A stretch of 63,968 bases of DNA, filler included, from Choristocarpus tenellus KU-1152 (GCA_964200185.2; 12 parts of 12 records of this genome joined end to end with filler, not necessarily neighbours in it), one strand, 5' to 3'; counted from the whole stretch's first letter, positions 25,061 through 39,400 are shown. Numbers and translations are program-made. The notes: generated by a model not told the origin, from the sequence alone.

Positions 25061-26934
25061 AGTACTAATATTATTATTATCTGCTACTACTACTACTAAA
25101 ATAATAACGGTAAATAGGACAAATAATAGAGAGAGGGAGTGGTGTCGGAGGAATGAGGGAGGAGGAGGGGTCAGGTCCAGGATCAACACTCACCATGAAA
25201 AAAACTGATCATCGTCGAATGCCTTCTGCACATTGTCATCATCGTAATGCATCTCACAAAACAAAGAACTGAAGTAATGGCTTGCTGATGATGAGGCTTG
25301 TAGACTGTGCCATAATGAAAATATCATCAAATAAGCTAGATCTCACTTTGATTTTTCATTTTATTTTTTGATATAGGTACCAAAAGCTATGAGATGTGAC
25401 TAAATTATAGATACGCATTCAAGAAGCACAACATACAAATCCTTAGAAATCAAGCTCATAATGGTGTGTTCATGAAACCCGTCACTAAGACTCATCACAT
25501 GCTTTTCTAAGTATACAGGGTCATACCAACCTATCTCGTGACATGGTCAAGATGCCAAGTGTGATACAGACAAGATGGATTTCTAAATGGGAGTGGGGAT
25601 AAGACTGTTAAACCTCTACAGACAAGCCAGCCCTGGAGATGGGTCAGTTCATTCTCTCTAGTTGTGCTTCTTGGTGTGGCAGTTCATTGTGGGTGTTGAT
25701 TGAAAGAGGGCATTTTGATGATAAATAATACACAAAATAAGAAGTAGAAATGCCCATTTCCTATAGCGAAACAAAATTAATTAATAATGTTCAAAACCGT
25801 GGTAAGAAAAGTCGTTGACAATACTACAAAAAAAAAAAAATGGGCATCATTAATACGAAGAATACAAAGTATCACAACACAATATATATTATTATATCCT
25901 GTAATATTTTGTAGATGTGTCAGGGAAAAAGTCAACCAAAAATATTCTGACAAGGTCCTTGACTTTCTCGCCTATAACCTTTACCAATTACAGGACTTAG
26001 GTGCAACAATGAAGCTATACCTATACCTTAATTGTAGTACAACAAAAGGAAGAATGAACGGGCGCTACCTCCCCCCTGTTCCCTTGCTATCACAAAGGAA
26101 AAAAACCCCTAGAAATAATCGTCAGCTCGAGTTGTTCGTATATATAATGGGATGATAAATTCTGATATATGACGTCAATTTATTGCTTCAATCCTTGAGA
26201 AGTATACCCGAGTCTAACAACATCAAAGTAGATGCTTGTAAACCTCCTCTAGAAGGGAATTGTGTGTGCGTGTGGAGTGAGGGGGTGAGGTAGATGGAAA
26301 TTGATGGGTTGGTATTTTTTGTTATGTTTTGTAAGCATTAAAATGTCCATGATAAGTTTCCTTTCCTGGAGGAGTACTGTAGATTCCAGATTCCAATTGT
26401 GTATCATGTGAATCGTGTGATTCTGTGGCGGCGTGGTTCACTCAGGCAAGGGTGGTGAAGAGAATCATCGGGCAAGACGGACCAGACGAACAAGGGCGAA
26501 CTGTAATCGAGGGTACGAGGTTAAGGTTGGACAAGCGCAAATTGAGGAGTGATGAGCATCATCGAAGATGGGTCTTCATCATCAGTCAAGACGTGAGAAC
26601 AAAGTGGATCTTCCATGTGTGACAACTCTGAATGACGAGCTGTCCCCAGTCTATGGGATTAGTCAGGTGAAAATATTCCATGGTTCCATACTGACGGAGG
26701 GTCCTGAAATGGAATCATGGATGCTTGATTGGGAACCTCAAACGGTACAACGGTATAACGGTATATGGCATACTGCAATATCGGTATCACAACGGGCAAA
26801 CATGCATGCTTTCCACAACCATTGTTTTTGAAATGAAAACTTGTTCATTGTTGATGCTTGTGAAATGTTGATTGGCAACTGATCTCGCCCTAATAAAGAG
26901 TTGATCGGTTTTCTCGGACCTGTGGCCAGATTAC

Positions 26935-27199
26935 GAGTGAAAGTATCTTAGAGGGTACAAGTTTTGCTTTGTTTGTCCATTTGGGGCTTGGCTTCCCATG
27001 GGTGTTTTTATGAAATCTTCCTACTCCACAATAAAAAATGTTTATGAGTAGGTAAAATTTATATGATATGAAAAGGTGTGTCCAGAAGACGGATATTTAC
27101 ACTTCCTACAAACACGATAGCCAAAATTACATCAAAATCGCGACCTTGGATTTTGACCCCCAAATGGACGCGGCTCTACCCTCTAAGATTATTTGGTCG
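26935..27199 (-). mobile_element. ~260-bp MITE (Sola2-like)
   Basis: Both TIRs present (right one degenerate); 4-bp TSD TTAC. Confidence 0.9.
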
Positions 27200-27424
27200 T
27201 TACAACGACTCCAAGCATTACTACTGCCACTATACTGTATTTTTTCCATTATAGTAGCAGTCAGTAGGGATCCCCAAAAGAAATTTGTCGAAGGTGGTTG
27301 TTGAGTACGTAGAGGTCTAGTTTGTTCATTAGTATTTTTGCTGTTATTTATTAAAATAATACTATTATTGGTGTTAATATTACAATAGTAATATTTTCCA
27401 CTATGACGAACATTATTACTCCTA

Positions 27425-29250
27425 TAGTGGTACCAGTAGCTTCGCCCGCTGGGGTTGTCTCATCATAACGTTTGATGTAGACATCGGATTTAGAAAAAAA
27501 AGCATATTCGTGATGCCCGTCACAATGCCCTCCAGAGTACAGACTTCGTTTTTTCCCCCATTTTTTTTTCTAAGAAAGAGCGCTCATATTCGGGTTCGAA
27601 CCCTGGATTGTAGGTCACCAAGAGTGGCAACAGATATACTATTACTTGATTAAAGTATAGGGTTTAGACAGGAAAAAACATCCCTACCCTTCTTCCTGTG
27701 TGTTCGCGCACCCACTCTTTGACCTTGGCAAGGATGTCCTCGTCGAGACCCAGAACGAAACACTTCTCGTCGCGCTCTTGCTCCAACACCTTGATGTGAC
27801 CCTTCGTTTGGAAGTCTCTCTCCCGTTTACTTAAAGTTTCCGCCCTGACCATCGCCTATCCTGCTGCAATATCGAGCGCTATTTGACAGTCTTTCCCATC
27901 ATTCATACACAGGGTACAGGATTCACAGTGCTAGAGCCTTTACTATCACATTTCCTCGTTGAGCGCCGGAAATGGGTTACCATCTTTCAGGATTCAGAGC
28001 CCTTGTAGCCCAACCCTAATGCCTTCGTTTCTCGTTTCCTAAGTCATTCTGGTTCACATAGCTTCTAAACAGCTAGGGCCTGCTGCAACTGTCGACTACT
28101 AAGATATTTTACACCCGATTTTTCGCTTAGGCGTGTCCTGAGAGCAATGTCCCGTAGTTGCACTGCTCTCCTCCCCAACCTTCCCTTCGGCCGGCCACTC
28201 TGGTTCTCCCTTCGCCTGCCATGACCAGGCTTCCCCACAGACTTCATCACTGTGAGCCAAAGTATCTTAGTGGGTAGGAGTGCGTCCATTTGGGGGCCAA
28301 AATCCAATGTTGCGATTTCGATATGATTTTGGCTATCGTCTTTGTTAGGAAGTTTCAATATCCATGTTCCAGACACACCTTTTCATAGCGTATACATTTT
28401 ACCTACTCCTAAACATTTTGGAGTAGGAAAACATCATAAAAAAACCCCATGGGAAGCCAAGCTCCAAATGGACAAACAGGGCAAAACTTGTACCCTCTAA
28501 GTTACTTTCACTCTGTACCACACCCGGTGATGGACTCGCTCTTCTCTTCCTGCTTTCCCGAGGTGGCAGAGACTGTAGAGCAGTGCTCCGATGTGGCTGA
28601 AGACTCCACCGCGTTTGTGTTGTAATGCTTTCAATGCATCTTCTCTCAGAGTCAGTGTCGCAAGCACAGGGTCCATTTCGCGGTTCGATCATGCTGCTGC
28701 GCCACACTACTCACACTTTCTCGTCACCTAACATCGCACTGAGTTTCAGACAGTACATGTTTTTCCAACCCCTCTCGACAGAGAAGGTGCCGAGGGTAGA
28801 TCCAGAGGGCAGAGTGGTCTCGACGGCTCTCCTTGTCTCACCGTCCGCGGTTCATGATGTTGTGTCAGTCACTTGTGTGTGTGCTCACAAAAAGTCTGTA
28901 AAGGCGTTAAAAAGAGGAAAATCTTGGGGGGGGGTTCTGTCTTCTTAGGCAGTGACATACCCCGGACCAGTTTTCTACAAGGAGTTCAGCCAACCACTTC
29001 ATTTTTGCAAGTTTTGAAGTCGTGACCTTCAAAATTACACCAGAGATATCCCCCCGCGTTTTTTTCCCATTATTTGATCGGGACATAATTCCCGTTCACC
29101 GAAGTTTCTACATTCCTGCATACATACCTTGAAAGGTTCTTGTCATAGCGTTCATTTGACATGTATATATATATACTGTTGTATATATGCTGCGGCGTTC
29201 CAATGAAAAATACAGAACTGCCACCGAGGGCGAAGCTACTGGTACCACCT
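27425..29250 (-). mobile_element. ~1.8-kb TA-flanked TIR element (IS630-Tc1-mariner-like deletion derivative) with a nested MITE
   Basis: 21-bp inverted repeats GTGGTACCAGTAGCTTCGCCC (27427-27447 and 29228-29248), TA on both flanks, and decayed minus-strand ORF pieces (LGLDEDILAKVKEWVREHTGRR). Confidence 0.7.
28254..28513 (+). mobile_element. ~260-bp MITE (Sola2-like), nested
   Basis: Both TIRs present; flanks ctgt / tgta. Confidence 0.9.
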
Positions 29251-29723
29251 TACCATTAAAATAATTATTTCTACTACTTTTTTCCCCTCACTTTAGTCTG
29301 AGGACTGTCTCTTGTGATTAGAAGCACGCTGTACACTGGTCGTCTAATGTACCTATCACACATACTGCCACTGAAAATATCGGTTGCACTTCCACAACAA
29401 ATTGTACTGCCTCTGTGACTCATTGCTTTTGGTGTGATGGGTTCAACTAAGCCATCGCTCCTCACTCCCCCTCCTCCCCATAATCTTATCCTGGGCCCAG
29501 TTGGGCATCACTTGGCAATGAGATTTAGTGCTACCTTGTTCTTGGTCAGTTGTTTTTGTGCCATTACGGACAAATACATACTACCCTCTGTGCCATAAGG
29601 TTGTGCCGTGAAACATCTGGGCTCACGGAGTGAGAATGGTGCGGAATCGGACGATAGCCCCACAGAAATAAATCGGGTTGACAATCTCAGAGTCTTCACA
29701 AAAGGTGGGGGTCGAGGATCATC

Positions 29724-31080
29724 ATGTACAAACTCGAGGTGCTTCAATCCGTCAAAGTAGGGGTCTTTTGGGGCGATTTTGAGGCCAGAAATCGGCACAT
29801 TGAGGGTCAGCACGTTGGCATGGCAACCCCCCTGTCGATCCCCCAGCATAGTAAGGCTGCCCAAGTGTCCCTGAATACCAGGGTTGCGCTTGCAATGCGG
29901 CACGCCCTCGCGATGGTCCCTGGTGAGCTTAAACTGCCGCAGCATGTTGGGCCGGCCCTCGCAGAAGATTTTGGAGTATCCGAGCGTTACATGCGAGAGC
30001 TCTGGGAGGACGTCATCAATCAGCTCACCCGTGGCCACACACTTGACCTAGGGGTGGCGGCACTTAGTGGGCGGCCTTCAGAGCTCACACCGACCAAGAT
30101 GGCCGTAATACATAGTATCAACTCTGATAATCGGTCATCCGCAGTGGGTCAGGTGACAATTAAGATAGCCGCCAAGGGGCTGAATTATATCATGAGCATC
30201 ATAAACAGGTGGTTGGATGGTATGGGGGCCATGCTGAATCGCCGCAGGAACAAACCCAAGCTTAAATCGTGGCAATACGTATGGAGAATGGCCTTTGTTT
30301 GCGATCAAGTGTACCGGAAACGTGTTGTGCCGCCTCCATGGTGAAGACAATCCATGTGATGAAGTCTGGTTTTACGTGATGGCCGATGGGGAACGGGTTA
30401 GGGCATTTCCGCATGAGGATGGTAGTGACCTTCCAGATTCCCCTACTGTGCAGCACGAAAGAGCCATATCCCCAAAACCATGATCATTGCAGCCAATGCC
30501 CGCCCAGATTTGGCTCATAGCTTTGATGGAAAGCTTGGTGTTTGACGTGTGTGTGCGCCAAAAACGGCAGACAGGACAAGCAAGAACCATACAAAGGGGG
30601 ATGTGTATGAGCAGGACCGTACTTTAGACCTTTTGTGGTACAGGAAGTGATACACGGAGGAGTTACTGCTTGCAATCAAGACCAAGATGCCTTGGTTGCA
30701 GGGGAAGAATGTTGCCGTTCAGCAAGACGGTGCCACCCCGCACTGGCAAGGGAAACTCAGAAATCTTGTCAGGGGGAGGGAAGACTGAGGGGTGGTCGAT
30801 TAAGCTTGTGACGTAGCCATCTATCTCCCCTGACCACAATATCGTCATGGCCCTGTGCTTCTTCAGGTCTTTGAATGTCAGGTGATGGGGGAGCGGTTTG
30901 GGTCCACCGAGAAGATGGTGAAGGTCATTAAGTAACAGTATGAGAGGTATGATGAAACCACACTTGAGAGGGCTTGACAGCTCCTTTTTGTGGTGTACAA
31001 TCAAGTACTTAGATATAAAGGGGGGAATGAATTAAGTGTGGAGCACCCAGGGGTAAGGAAGAGGCAGTTGTCTGGCGAGC
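29724..31080 (+). mobile_element. Tc1/mariner DD39D-type (plant/oomycete-like mariner) transposase pseudogene
   Basis: SGRP, KPKL, DEVWFY, HIPKTMIIAANARP, FDGKLG, QQDGATPH and PSISPDHN..LCFFRSL occur in order across frameshifts. Confidence 0.9.
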
Positions 31081-31203
31081 TGGGTCAAAGTATCTTGGGG
31101 GGGNNNNNNNNNNNNNNNNNNNNNNNNNNNNNNNNNNNNNNNNNNNNTTAATTAATTAANNNNNNNNNNNNNNNNNNNNNNNNNNNNNNNNNNNNNNNNN
31201 NNN

Positions 31204-31392
31204 TTTTTATTACATTTTCCTATTCCAAAATGTTTCGGAGTAGGTAAAATGTATACGTTATGAGAAGGTGTGTCCAGAAGAAGGATATTGACACTTCCTA
31301 ACAGACACAATAGCCAAAATTACATCAAAATCGAAACATTGGATTTTGACTCCCAAATGGACGCGACTCTACCCTCTAGGATACTTTGGCTC
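31204..31392 (-). mobile_element. MITE copy truncated by the contig start
   Basis: Internal palindrome plus terminal TACCCTCTAGGATACTTTGGCTC. Confidence 0.88.
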
Positions 31393-31682
31393 GGACCACT
31401 ACTGAGAGCTGGTTGGTACACGGTTCGAATGCAAATAAATACAGAGCATTGAGTAGTGACGTTGGTGGGACCACAATTTAGAGCTGATTTGTACGCGGTC
31501 TCAATGGTAATAAGCAGGGAGCATTCAGTAGTAACGTTGGTGGTACCACTATTTAGAGCTGGTTTGTATACGGTATCAATGGTAATAAATAGAGAGCATT
31601 CAGTAGTAACGTTGGTGGGACCACTGTTGAGAGCTGGTTTGTACAAAGTTCAAATACAAATAAATGAGGAGCATTGAGTAGT
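31393..31682. repeat. ~4 x 75-bp tandem array
   Basis: Unit GTTGGTGGGACCACT..GAGAGCTGGTTTGTACACGGT..AATGGTAATAAATAGAGAGCATTCAGTAGTAAC. It is the reverse-complement homolog of 42296-42785. Confidence 0.92.
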
Positions 31683-31689
31683 GATGTGT

Positions 31690-32400
31690 ACTTATGTTCA
31701 CGACCATCATGTGCGCAAGGAGGGGGGGATACGCAATCAAAGTGTTCAATACCGCACTTGATAATCTTGACCTAACGTGTGCATTTGCCCTCTGGATTTC
31801 AAGCCGCCATGACATTGAGACCTCTTCATGTACACGAGAAATATCGTTGCCGGTGGTGACAGACATGTGCGGTACACACCCAAATACAAGTCCCCACATT
31901 TATAGTGGTTAGACTGTTTTTCAAATAATAGTACTTTCACAAACAATTCGGGTTGTATGTGGAGGTTCCAAAAGTTATTTAAACAGATTGCAACCTCACA
32001 GTACTGGCCAATTTTAGGATCGTAATCCTGAAATACTTTATACATCAACCTATGGGGTATTAATCTGCACTAGCTTGTACAGTATTGTGCGGGAAGGAAA
32101 GTACTTGGGAACGTGTTAAGATTGTATGTATTTGTATCGGTGATCGCATATGGATCGATGTAGGGTGGGGGACAGTTACACCATATACGCCTAACCCGAA
32201 TTAGGGTTGTACATGAAGGAAGCAATAACGAAAGAATTCTTAACGTGAGGAGCATTTATTTGTACCCATTAGTGGATGCCCATGTTCGGTTGTATTGCGT
32301 CTTGGTGTTGGTGGCGGGGAAATCGTACGCAAATTCCAACACTTCTTCTAATCACATGGTAGTAAGTCATGGCGTTGGTAACTACATGGGTTGGATGTGT
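31690..32400 (-). pseudogene. Decayed gene of unknown family ending at the tandem array
   Basis: PHVKNSFVIASFMYNP / CPPPYIDP / TFLPAQYC..CRLIPHRL / HVRSRL..AVL / YPPLLA..VVN. Homologous to 41710-42250 (+). Confidence 0.6.
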
Positions 32401-33164
32401 TTGGCGTAGGGTGTGTGTGTGTATCTGTGTGTGAACGGGTGTTCCTCGTTAATCATTTGCACGGCAGTACTTCAACGTCTTTCTCGTTTTGGCACAATCG
32501 AATTTCGCACAATTCGTCTTGCGATGAGAGCAGAGAGTATAATGCTCATATAGGTGGTGGAAGGGGTGTGTACAGTATAAGATCAGAGGGTTGCATGTGC
32601 GTAGGATGATGTTAGAGTTGGATTCTATGGACCGCTTGGTTTCTTTCTTTGTAGAGTCAAGATGGCCTCCACTTTTCATCTGGCGGCTATTATGTAACCA
32701 AAGCTTGTGAATATGATCAAGGGTTTTTGACACTTTTACTCCATGTATATGCCTCTAGATGTGTAACAATAACGAGGTCTATGCTCTTAGATCGGTTTGA
32801 CCTCGTGTGGGGTGCGGGATCATGTTCAGATGTAGGGCATAGGTTAAGACGTATTTTCTATTCCAAGACTAATGTATACTGCATTATAATGACGGGCTTA
32901 AGTGTCTCCGTGGAAGTCCTTTGTGGGATGCAATGTTGTCCGACTCTGTTTGTGGGTGTTTCTAGTGGCTTGTGGTAGATCAGGGTTATACAAGAGGGAG
33001 AAAGCACGAATGGAAGCGGTTTGGAAGGCGTGGTCTTTCAATAAACAGCGAGTGCTCGCGTGCACACACTGTGTACATAACCTGTGCCGTGTCTACGTCT
33101 ATGACAAATCTTGAAGAAGCACCGGTTTCATATGGTGGGTTAAGGGGTCGAATATTTAACAACA

Positions 33165-33422
33165 TAGTGAAAGTATCTTAGAGTGTACGAGTTTTTCCCT
33201 GTTTGTTCATTTGGGGTTTGGCTTCCCACAGGTTTCTTATGACATTTTCCTACTCTAAAATGTTTCGGAGTAGGTGAAATGTATACGTTATGAAAAGGTG
33301 TGCCCAGAATAAGGATATTGACACTTCCTAACAAACACGATAGCCAAAATCCCATCAAAATCGCAACTTTGGATTTTGGTCCCCAAATAGACGTGAATCT
33401 ACCCTCTAAGATACTTTGACTC
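33165..33422 (-). mobile_element. ~260-bp MITE (Sola2-like)
   Basis: Both TIRs present; perfect 4-bp TSD AACA. Confidence 0.92.
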
Positions 33423-36400
33423 AACACGTGTGTGCCGGGATAGAGGGTTAATGCGATTTGTGGGTGGCCCAGATTTGCATCTTGACCAGTCGCATGCTGA
33501 CAGTGGAGGTACCTTTATGACGATGCATGCGATGAAACACATGCGGTGTTGAAACGGGTTTACGATGTTCATGCTTTTTCCAAAGTTTGTACAAGGGAAC
33601 TTGGAGCTGTTTATGGAAAGAAACGCATAGAAACAAATTGGCCAAACAAGTTCTACACCATAAACAGTTGCTTGACGGGGAGGGGTCGAGGTAAGAATGA
33701 GAGTATGAGCTATGATAAGTTATAGGAGAATGGGTGTGGTCCGTCTTGCCCGGTGATTCTCTTCACTATCCCTTGCCTGAGTGAACCACGCCGCCACAGA
33801 ATCACATGATTCACATTGGCGACACCGGTGTCCTCAGAAATAGGGTGACGGGGCATTTCTGTTTGACCGCGGACGAAAGATGCCGAACTCATGATCGAGG
33901 CGAAGACATTGGGCACAAGAGTGCAGAACTCCAGATCTGGCGCCATCCAGGGCACCAGAAGAAGAAGCCCAAGGCCACGAGTCCACGGAAGACATGGAGT
34001 CTTCCACCCATATTGATTCTGACGTGTCTAGTATCGACTACACGTCATCCAGTACTATAACACTTGCCGAACATAGACGTGGATCCCCCCCTTCCCCTCT
34101 TACAGATCGGCAGGCGAATACCAGACTCATGTCGTCGACCCTTGAGCATTGTGTTAGCTCGGGCGACCGTGACACTCGTCGGGTCTTGTTTCAAGAAAAA
34201 TCGGTCCCACCCCCAAGTTCGATTACTTGTGAGGTGGCCATTTTGCAGGAAAAGTTCGGTGATGCTGTACCAGCGTTCATCGCGCACCACGCCAATGAGT
34301 GCGCAAGAACGGATACCGTGCCTCCTGAATGACTTCAGGACCTGATGAAACTTCAAGTTCGGGGAACGGGCTCCGATCACGTAAGATCCCTTCAACAGAG
34401 TAGCGACGTCACACGCCCACCACCACTGTCAGAAGGGAGATGTTTCGGGTTTTCCGCTTCGGAAATACCATCGGGTCTAGTAATTAAGTGACTTCTACTA
34501 CAAGGACGTATAGGAAGTAATCCTTGTGTTACATAAGAACCCTTCGACCATTTCTTATTCTTCCTTCATGGAAATAGCTCATAATTTGGAAATAATATGA
34601 TATGTCATTTTTTCGTTTATCATTGGGATAAACACGATACACAATAGGTCACATCTCAAAGGAGCATGTTGGTAGAAAGCATATTGTTCGTACATACAAA
34701 TGCATTGATCGGACTAATAGTGCAGGATATCCTGTATGTGCTCTTTGTTAGTATAGGATGGACATGGAACAGGTAAACTTAAACTGAAAACAGTAAAACA
34801 AATTATGTAGAAATCTGCATCTTCTGTGATATTAGATGATACATATCGTCTTCTCACCTTTTATAAAGCAATGATATGATATTTTATTTCTAGTGTAGGA
34901 GGGGATGGGGTTGTGGAGGTGATGGAGGAAGGCGACGATGGTACATGAGACAGACAGTGGCAAGGAACAAATATAAGTGGAGGGTGTAACCCAGCTCTGG
35001 GAATAGACGCACAGGTTCCAATCTTGCGGAACGGAGAAGGATGGACAGAGAACGAAATGGGTCCACACAGGGACGAGGTGGAGGTGATCGAGGATGGGAA
35101 TGGTGGCCCACGAGATAGGCACGGGCAAGGGGGGAATACAAGCAAAGCACAATGCTCCTCCTCGGGAATAGGTAGACACGTTTCGTCTCCGCAGGATGGC
35201 GAAGATCGGATGGAAAATTGAATGAGCACACTAGGGAACGGGCCTATAGAGGTGGTGGTGTTACAGGCGAATAGTACGAGCATTTCTTTCTGCGTGCCAA
35301 ATCCGCGAGCAGTATACATACGTGAGAATTCATATAAGAGGAACTTTGAATTGATAGAAGATGCCGAGTAAGATTCGAAATGCATACATAATCTTACAGA
35401 ATAGAGATGTCAATTCCTGAAAGTTGCAGAATAAAGATTTATGATCGGAGTATTTACACAGCAATTTGCAGACTTCATTTAACTCTTTGGCTGTAGAAAA
35501 ACGGTGAACGATGTTAATAAAAGGCTGAGTTGTTGACCACACGACTCAGTTCTTTGATTCTTACCCTCTTTTGACAAAGCAAAAAGCGAGACATCGACTG
35601 AGCTAAGCATCAAACTGACACTGTACGTGGTCATTATCTGTGGACCCCCGCGTAGCGTTGTTTTAATGTCGTTGGATTTGAGTTGCATATCCTGTGGAGG
35701 TGAGTTCAGGGGCGTGCTGTAACATGGAGGTCCTACCGCCTCTCTTCAAACTGGAGAGAATACTCCGTGTTCACCTCAACACTTTGGATTCTTTGTAGCT
35801 TCCTACGTCCGCCTGGATTATTTTCTTTTCCCACTTGGGTTTGTGATCTTCATTCGGCGTCTGTGGGGTTTCCTTCTTCTTAGCCTCATTGTCTCCGTGG
35901 GTGTGATGGTATCTGTGACTCCGAGGGAACCATCATCCTTCATTGTTGTACAATGAGTGGTCTCTGACCGCCACATCATCCACCTATAGTTGTAAACAAG
36001 TGGTTTTTGACCGCCATGGTATAGATGTTGGCTTGGTAGTTCTTCCTCGCCATTCGTACACTCATATTCCCGATCTGTTTTTCGAGTATCACACTGTTCT
36101 TTTTTTTCACAGGTTCCACTGGGAATCAGTGTTTCGGAGAGTTCCAGACTTTGCGAGAACTCTTGCAGCAGTCTTGACGGCTCAACGTGTTTATGCATCG
36201 CGTCCACGCATCAATAAATTCACCCCTTTCCACATCGAGCTCCTCGAAAACTCTCGTCTGACTATGTTAGGACACACAGCGGTCCTTTCAGGTGCTTCGT
36301 CTGCAATCGACATCCCACGCATCAAAGGACAGCTCTTACAGGCCCGTTGAGACGACGTTACGGCAACTGAGTGGGTTCATATTTCGGTGAGGGAATGCAC

Positions 36401-39400
36401 CCTTTTTGGATGGCCAGCCGAAAATCGTAGTAAAGGTTGCCATGTGTTATTTTTAGAAAAGAGAGAGAAAGGTGTGACGCGGAAGGCTGTGGTCATAGCC
36501 TAGTTTTCCACTATCGAGCGTATATGGTAGACTTGCGGATGCCTCATACATATAAAGCTCTTTTGGGGGGGGATATATAGGTGACGATCAACTAATTGAT
36601 TTGTACAAACGAGCCCAATTTTCCTACCCAAAGTCCTACCCATATCAAATTATCCTCTATTCTCTAATATATTATATGCTTTATATTTTCTTTACAGATT
36701 ATAAGCCAAATTCACCCTCTAAGATTTTCGCAGAGTAATCCTGTGGGGAATGAGATAGTAAACCGTCAAATTAAACCATAATGGATTATTTTATTATTAT
36801 GCCCTCTGACATTTCGCAGATGTGTCAAGGGTAACGGATTATTGATGATCTCATAAAAGAGTTATCCAACCGAAGCGACTGATTTGTCCCAGCCAATCAA
36901 AATGCTGCAAAACCTGCATTGTACAAGGAGACTTGCACTGATTTGGGTAGATGGTAGATGCGCTTGTTTGCCAGCATGTCACACCCTTCCACTCCCTCAG
37001 CCGAAACCCTGATCGCCAGGCAGAAACAGGACTATATCGCCACAACAGGACTTCCATGCACGAATAGGTATCAAGCCAAACTTCATTTTCATACAGAGAG
37101 GTTGTCAACCGTGTACTGGCAGCCCTTGCACCGATGCTTCAACCTGTTTTAACCCAGAACTCCTCACCCACTGTCTATGCAGCCTTAAATACCGAACCTT
37201 TTTCCGTTCCCAGCAAACACGGTGCCTCGTTCGTTTCCAGAAAGCAAGGTATCAAAACCCGTTCGACCAGTCACATCCGTTCCCCAGCCTGTGCTTTGAT
37301 CCCCACTTGCTCTACCCACAGACAAGGCAAGCAATTGAAGTTGGCACGATTAGGGCAAAGGCTTACCTCCATCATCTGTCTCCCAGGACGAAATCGATAT
37401 ACGGCTAAAGGCCCACCGAGTATGATTTCATCATGCGTATAGTCAAGACTGCTTCACGTCCATAACTGATGAGTGCAGGTATAGATAAGACTCGTTCGTT
37501 GTCAGGGAAACCCTTTCATACCTTTCGGGAACCTACCGAGGACTTCCGGGTACTCAATCTATTGCAGAGTCTCGTACGATGGTAGCCTTAAAATATGTAC
37601 ATCTCCAGTACGTAGCAGTGATGCAAGACTCGAAAATCCCTCCACTATTCGCGAGAAGCCCAACTGATTCGGATGCTGTAGGGTCGTCTTGAAGTTGCAC
37701 CGTTGAGTCTGAGTTTCCATTCATGTCATTCCAAGTATTGACATTTAGACTTCCATTCCCACCTCGATAATATTCGCCATGTCACCAGCCATTGTTCTAG
37801 TCAAGTATCGACATATACCCTGCTATNNNNNNNNNNAAGAATCCTGCCCAGGTAATCCTTGACAAAGGTGCAGGGGGGAAAAATTTCGTCTCATCTATTT
37901 TTGCGAAAATTGCTTACCACAGCTCAACATGGTAGGCAAAGGTACCTTACATGCAGCTCAACATGGTAGGCAAAGGTACCTTACATGCAGCAAACCCCCA
38001 AGGGTGCAATATTCCACCAATGCTGGTATTGAGGTCTGTTAAAAGCTACTCCCGGGGATCGCAAGTTGGTAGCCTTGTAGAGGTTTCGCCCGAGGGTAGC
38101 TTTCCCTCTAATCAGTGACCGGCATCGGCGGGGTATTTACTAATGTGAGGTTGCGTATCCTGGCGGCGCGTTCTAGCCTTCTTGACGGATGTGTCAACTG
38201 GCCGCGTATTTAACCTTTCGACGGATGTGACCTCGGTGAGATTCGATCCCACAAGAGTAGCGTTTGTTGAAACAGTAGTAAACCCCTGAGCTACCGAGCA
38301 GATAGTCATATCTAACGTATTCGATTCAGGTTTGAAGAACGTCATGCAAACTTCCAATAGCGTTTTCCCCAGAGAAAAAAGTGCGCAATATGGCTTTTAG
38401 GATAATGGTGGACCGCCTTACAATATTATTTTTAGGAGCAACATTTTGTAGACAACACTAGAGTAAACTGTTATTTAGAGAAGGTCAATGCTCCCAACCA
38501 TCACCACTGTCACCATGGGTACCTTTTGTCAACATTCCAACACTCAGATTGAGCAGTAACAATGTACCCTTGTCAGACCTTAGCAAATGGCATTGTAACA
38601 CAAAGGAAAGTTCTAAGATGGACAGATGTCAGACTAGGTAACTAAACAAAAGAAATGAACAGCTTTACCTTACTACAGTTGGATGTTTATCATGCCTTGT
38701 AGGGCCTTCACAACCCCAACACNNNNNNNNNNNNNNNNNNNNNNNNNNNNNNNNNNNNNNNNNNNNTTAATTAATTAANNNNNNNNNNNNNNNNNNNNNN
38801 NNNNNNNNNNNNNNNNNNNNNNTTTTGTTGTTTTGTTTTTCACAACCCCACCCACACACCACAAACCAAAAAAAAGAAAGAGAAAAAAGGAGGGGGGGGG
38901 GGGGGGGGGGGGGGGGTCTACACCAGAGTGTCCATTTGGACAAAACCAGGAAAAGTGCACTTCATTGTCCATCCGACGTATGGAACCAAATCACCCAAAA
39001 TTGTGACATGAAAATGTTGGTCCCAAATGGACACCCGCCACCCCTCCAAGATACTCTGAGTCCTCTACACAAGAAAACACTGGACCAAAAAAGAGGTGGC
39101 AAGACTTCTTTGCCAAGCTACTACATTAACTTTCAAGGGATTAGGCAGAGCAACGAGCGATAGGATGACTGAAATAATGTACAAGAATCAAGGCATGAAC
39201 AGAGGTAGAACGATCTCCTGACAATGACATCTGATTATGTAGCCACTTGGAGATAAAGAATCCTCTTCTACATGGGCTATCCATTTCTGATAGTTTTTCT
39301 TCATATACATGGAGGGAGTGCAATTAGTTGTAGCGCAACAGGTCATTTTGGTAATTAGTATTGTGCATTGTGTAGTAGTACCTCTGACCATGGTCAAGGA

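Noticed and set aside
35460-35520. ULP1-like traces (SFNSLAVEK..VND; also IISLFCLG..H at ~7500-7550)
   Set aside because: Too short and disrupted, and the catalytic QxNxxDCG motif was not found.
37920-37991. 35-bp perfect direct duplication
   Set aside because: It lies close to an internal scaffold gap (37827-37836), so it is probably a local duplication or assembly artefact.
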